Source: Paraphysomonas bandaiensis
Lineage: Eukaryota > Protista > Chrysophyceae
Length of the DNA stretch: 64,000 nucleotides
Direction: 5' to 3'
NCBI GenBank assembly: GCA_965644295.1
Contig: CBFFRP010000318.1
Coordinates: 25,404 to 89,403 of the forward strand
Shown one piece after another: positions 60,434 to 64,000 of the stretch; within the stretch, counting starts at the first letter, position 1; every line of letters begins with the position of its first letter. The translations under genes and the position numbers were made by a program. Under the pieces are notes generated by a model, which was given only the letters and a program-made list of their open reading frames with translations, was not told the DNA's origin and did not search any database.

Positions 60434-61061
60434 ATGACGCTCACCATAAATCCAGAGTTTGAGAACTCTGTAGTTCATGCTGTTTTATCACGATCTGATG
60501 ATCCAGAAAGGAATCATGTGAGGATATGATACGATGTATATTAATATGCTGATGTTATTAATTGACTTGTAGATGTGTTGTATTGGAGAGTCCAAACTCA
60601 CAGGTGCAGGGTTAGGGTTGTTTGCTAAGCGACTCATACGGTGTGGAACTGTTGTGTGCGTCTACTCCGGTGATGTCTTGCGGACAACCGAAGCGATGAG
60701 GTGAGGAATAGTTTTTGTTTTTTATATATTCTTACAAATTGTATAGATTAGAGGATAAGTCGTACTTAATGCGCTTGGGATGCCAGGTATGATGTATTTG
60801 TTACTCATGTATTAGTACAACTTATACTTTTGGTAGTGTTATGTCGATGCAAGGTGTCATCTTAGTACAATTGCACGATATATCAATGACTGTAGAAATC
60901 AGCACTGTTACAACGTTAGATTTTTTAAATGTCCCTCCGAGCGTTGTGCTTATGTTATTGCCACCAGAGACATTGCATGTGGAGAAGAGCTATATGTTGA
61001 CTATGGCAGGTGGTATTGGGTGGGCAAGAAACCCAGCCGTCTTCTATATGTTCCGTCATGA
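60434..61061 (+). CDS. Small stand-alone SET-domain protein (4 exons)
   Basis: Spliced translation: ESKLTGAGLGLFA..VVCVYSG, SYLMRLG, YVDA..IARYINDCRN, ATRDIACGEELYVDYGRWYW. Confidence 0.85.
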
Positions 61062-61761
61062 TTGATATTATGTATTATATGTAAAATAACATTTTTGTTC
61101 CTTTGGCTGTAGTGATTCGTGAATTAAATCTATTATTTAGTGTTTTTATGGGTATATACTCGACTAATTTCCTATTTTTCATTTTATATATTTATGAGAG
61201 AAACATATACTCACAGAGACAACAATTACACATATCTACTCTTATAATACATTTCCTTTAGCTTCAAGCCGATAAATAATGAGTCTCTCGGAGTGGTATT
61301 TATGCATTTGCAGATTTGAAAAATCCTATATTGATTAATATGAACAACAGTTAATGAAATTTTTCGAAGCCTTGATGGCTTGATGCTTGATGGCAATGTA
61401 AAAATGAAACTGAAGAAAGAAAGCTTCTTATGAAGCATAGCGGAATGGTTGAAGAAGAGACGGCAATCCTTAATAGCCCCTTGAGTCGTTGTTATTATTG
61501 TGTGAATGGTCATTCCGTCATAAGCATTATTATTTACTAATAATTTATATAATCACTGTAAAACTTACATCTCACAATAACATCAAAACAATAACTAATA
61601 CGGTGTGTATTTCCAAATATAAGTACTCCATTTTCCATTAAATGAAATAGAATTTAAATGTCAAGGCCAGGTTTCTCTGTACTATTTCATAACAGTACCA
61701 TCAATAACGTCCGCAGTATAACACCGCTTGGCGATAGAGACGCTTCTTAGCACAAGAATAA

Positions 61762-62207
61762 CTACTCCCTTAGGGGGCCACGAATTCTTCTTGCAAGTTG
61801 TATATCTTTTGGCATAACCGTTACCCGCTTAGCATGTATGGTGCATAAGTTTGCATCTTCAAATAAGCCAACGAGGTGACTTTCTGCGGCTTCTTGTAAA
61901 GCTATCAGCGCATCAGCTTGCCACCTAGAGCAATAATAAATGAAGCCTTATGGCAGAAAATTATATACCTATATTCCTTCCGTGAAAAGTAGGTCTGAAT
62001 TTCCCTCACAAGTCTAGCGAAAGGTAGTTTTCTGATCAAGAGGTCAGTGTTTCGCTGGTAAAATCTTATCTCTCTTAATGCTTTTTGACCGGGCCTATAT
62101 CTTCTTCTCTGTTGACTATCTATCGAACGGTGTTGTGCAACAGGAGATTTGCGAGGACTTGTATTTTTTCTGCCTCCAATCATTCTGTCGGTCTTACTTC
62201 TAGCCAT
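61762..62207 (-). CDS. CENH3: Centromeric histone H3 (CenH3/CENP-A)
   Basis: H3 fold ([36 protein letters not shown]) with CenH3 hallmarks: PFARL (Q68 replaced), RW (F84 replaced), EDANL (T107 replaced), longer loop 1 and a divergent tail. Intron 61968-61925. Confidence 0.9.
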
Positions 62208-62933
62208 ACTCAGCCTATAACCCTGTACACCGCAATACAATAACGGTTACAAATATAAATACATTACGAGACTAAAGATTCAAGATTCATTGACCTAGAA
62301 GGTCACAGTGGGTAGATGGATTTCAACGCCCGAATACTAATTATAGTGGGCGAGTCAAACAAGAATCTGTCCAATAGATATGGCTGGTATGATATATATG
62401 GGCAGTATGGTGGTCTGTGATCTGGCGATTGGCTGCATGTTAACATGCATAATTGGGATACAGTATGCAAAAAAATCGTATACAACAAATACCGCGTATT
62501 AATATTACAGGCCTGTATTTCGTGGTACGTATTTGGTGGGAAACAACTGTATACTTTCAAATATTCAAATGTAGAATGGTATAGTATATGTATGTATACT
62601 GCTGTATACGCAGGAGAATAGAGGAAGGAAGTGACATATGCAAGCCAATAGGATACAAGAGGATAGAAATGAAGTGATACAACAGGTGCCCAGATACAAC
62701 ATATACACATATACACTGTAGTATAGTATAGTTAAGCTTCTATTCTATCTCATGTATATATACATATATCTGAGAGTGAAGAGGCACTGTCACTGTTTCC
62801 TCCATACAAACAATATCGCTAAGTATATATTGATGTATCCTTATTGAATATTGTGATGAATCTCCATGTCCTCATTGCACATGTATGTGTTCCATATAGC
62901 GTATAGCACAGCAAGCACAGTATATATACATCA

Positions 62934-64000
62934 ATGAGAAAAGCTTTAACTAAAACATTTTTCAAGAAAAAAAAGGCTAGAACTATCGATGAACTCATAC
63001 CAGCCATCCAGCACAAGCTGAATCGCGAGGCAGGTGGTCGCGAGGCAAGTCGGAACAAGTTGAAGGCATTGTTTGCAGACTTGGACACAGATGATAGTAA
63101 GACTGTAGATCTCACTGAGTTTCGCAAGGGTCTAGATTCATTGGGTTTGGATTTGAGTGAGGAGGAGGTCTCAGTGGTGTTTAGGCACTGTGATTCCACG
63201 AACGATGGCGAGATAGATTATTTGGAGTTTCTTGATTTACTTGACGGGAAGCCTTCAGGCAGTGGTTCTGGTAAGCGTGCTCGCAGTTTTGAAGAGTTGA
63301 TACCAGCCATCCAGCACAAGCTGAATCGCGAGGCAGGTGGTCGCGAGGCAAGTCGGAACAAGTTGAAGGCATTGTTTGCAGACTTGGACACAGATGATAG
63401 TAAGACTGTAGATCTCACTGAGTTTCGCAAGGGTCTAGATTCATTGGGTTTGGATTTGAGTGAGGAGGAGGTCTCAGTGGTGTTTAGGCACTGTGATTCC
63501 ACGAACGATGGCGAGATAGATTATTTGGAGTTTCTTGATTTACTTGACGGGAAGCCTTCAGGCAGTGGTTCTGGTAAGCGTGCTCGCAGTTTTGAAGAGT
63601 TGATACCAGCCATCCAGCACAAGCTGAATCGCGAGGCAGGTGGTCGTGAGGCAAGTCGGAACAAGTTGAAGGCATTGTTTGCAGACTTGGACACAGATGA
63701 TAGTAAGACTGTAGATCTCACTGAGTTTCGCAAGGGTCTAGATTCATTGGGTTTGGATTTGAGTGAGGAGGAGGTCTCAGTGGTGTTTAGGCACTGTGAT
63801 TCCACGAACGATGGCGAGATAGATTATTTGGAGTTTCTTGATTTACTTGACGGGAAGCCTTCAGGCAGTGGTTCTGGTAAGCGTGCTCGCAGTTTTGAAG
63901 AGTTGATACCAGCCATCCAGCACAAACTGAATCGCGAGGCAGGTGGTCGTGAGGCGAGTCGGAACAAGTTGAAGGCATTGTTTGCAGACTTGGACACAGA
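62934..64000 (+). CDS. Tandem EF-hand-pair repeat protein (101-aa unit); runs off the window
   Basis: Open + frame from ATG 62934. Each unit has DTDDSKTVDLTEF and DSTNDGEIDYLEF loops plus a GSGSG linker. Period 303 bp (62997, 63300, 63603, 63906). Confidence 0.88.
   Translation, partial: MRKALTKTFFKKKKARTIDELIPAIQHKLNREAGGREASRNKLKALFADLDTDDSKTVDLTEFRKGLDSLGLDLSEEEVSVVFRHCDSTNDGEIDYLEFLDLLDGKPSGSGSGKRARSFEELIPAIQHKLNREAGGREASRNKLKALFADLDTDDSKTVDLTEFRKGLDSLGLDLSEEEVSVVFRHCDSTNDGEIDYLEFLDLLDGKPSGSGSGKRARSFEELIPAIQHKLNREAGGREASRNKLKALFADLDTDDSKTVDLTEFRKGLDSLGLDLSEEEVSVVFRHCDSTNDGEIDYLEFLDLLDGKPSGSGSGKRARSFEELIPAIQHKLNREAGGREASRNKLKALFADLDT

Noticed and set aside
61762-62207. Canonical histone H3
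   Set aside because: It lacks the ARTKQTARKS tail and has CenH3-diagnostic substitutions.
62819-63978. Repeated minus-strand 94-aa and 63-aa ORFs
   Set aside because: They are antisense to the EF-hand repeat gene on the + strand.

Overview
This is eukaryotic nuclear DNA: gene-dense, with many short (about 45-65 bp) GT-AG introns and TACA/CA-rich intergenic regions. Gene content and intron style suggest a protist, probably a stramenopile (inference). About 21 protein-coding genes can be read: an ADCY10-like cyclase-STAND protein, an F-box/CPW ankyrin-like repeat protein, a PH-CaMK-EF kinase, a ~40-aa helical-repeat + RAP protein, a head-to-head pair of paralogous AIG1-like GTPases, a 7TM protein, a degenerate RWP-RK protein, guanylate kinase, CstF-64, acyl-CoA dehydrogenase, NUDT16-like, TPR-Aha1, a bacterial-type GluQ with an intron, MTFP1, a Notum/pectinacetylesterase-family protein, a P4-ATPase, a small SET protein, CenH3 and a tandem EF-hand protein. 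Mobile DNA includes a full-length young Ty1/Copia element with identical LTRs and several hAT-type non-autonomous elements. The best candidates for new biology are the divergent GTPase pair with different C-terminal appendages, the 40-residue repeat + RAP organellar protein, and the intron-containing eukaryotic GluQ. All calls were made by eye, and exon boundaries are provisional.
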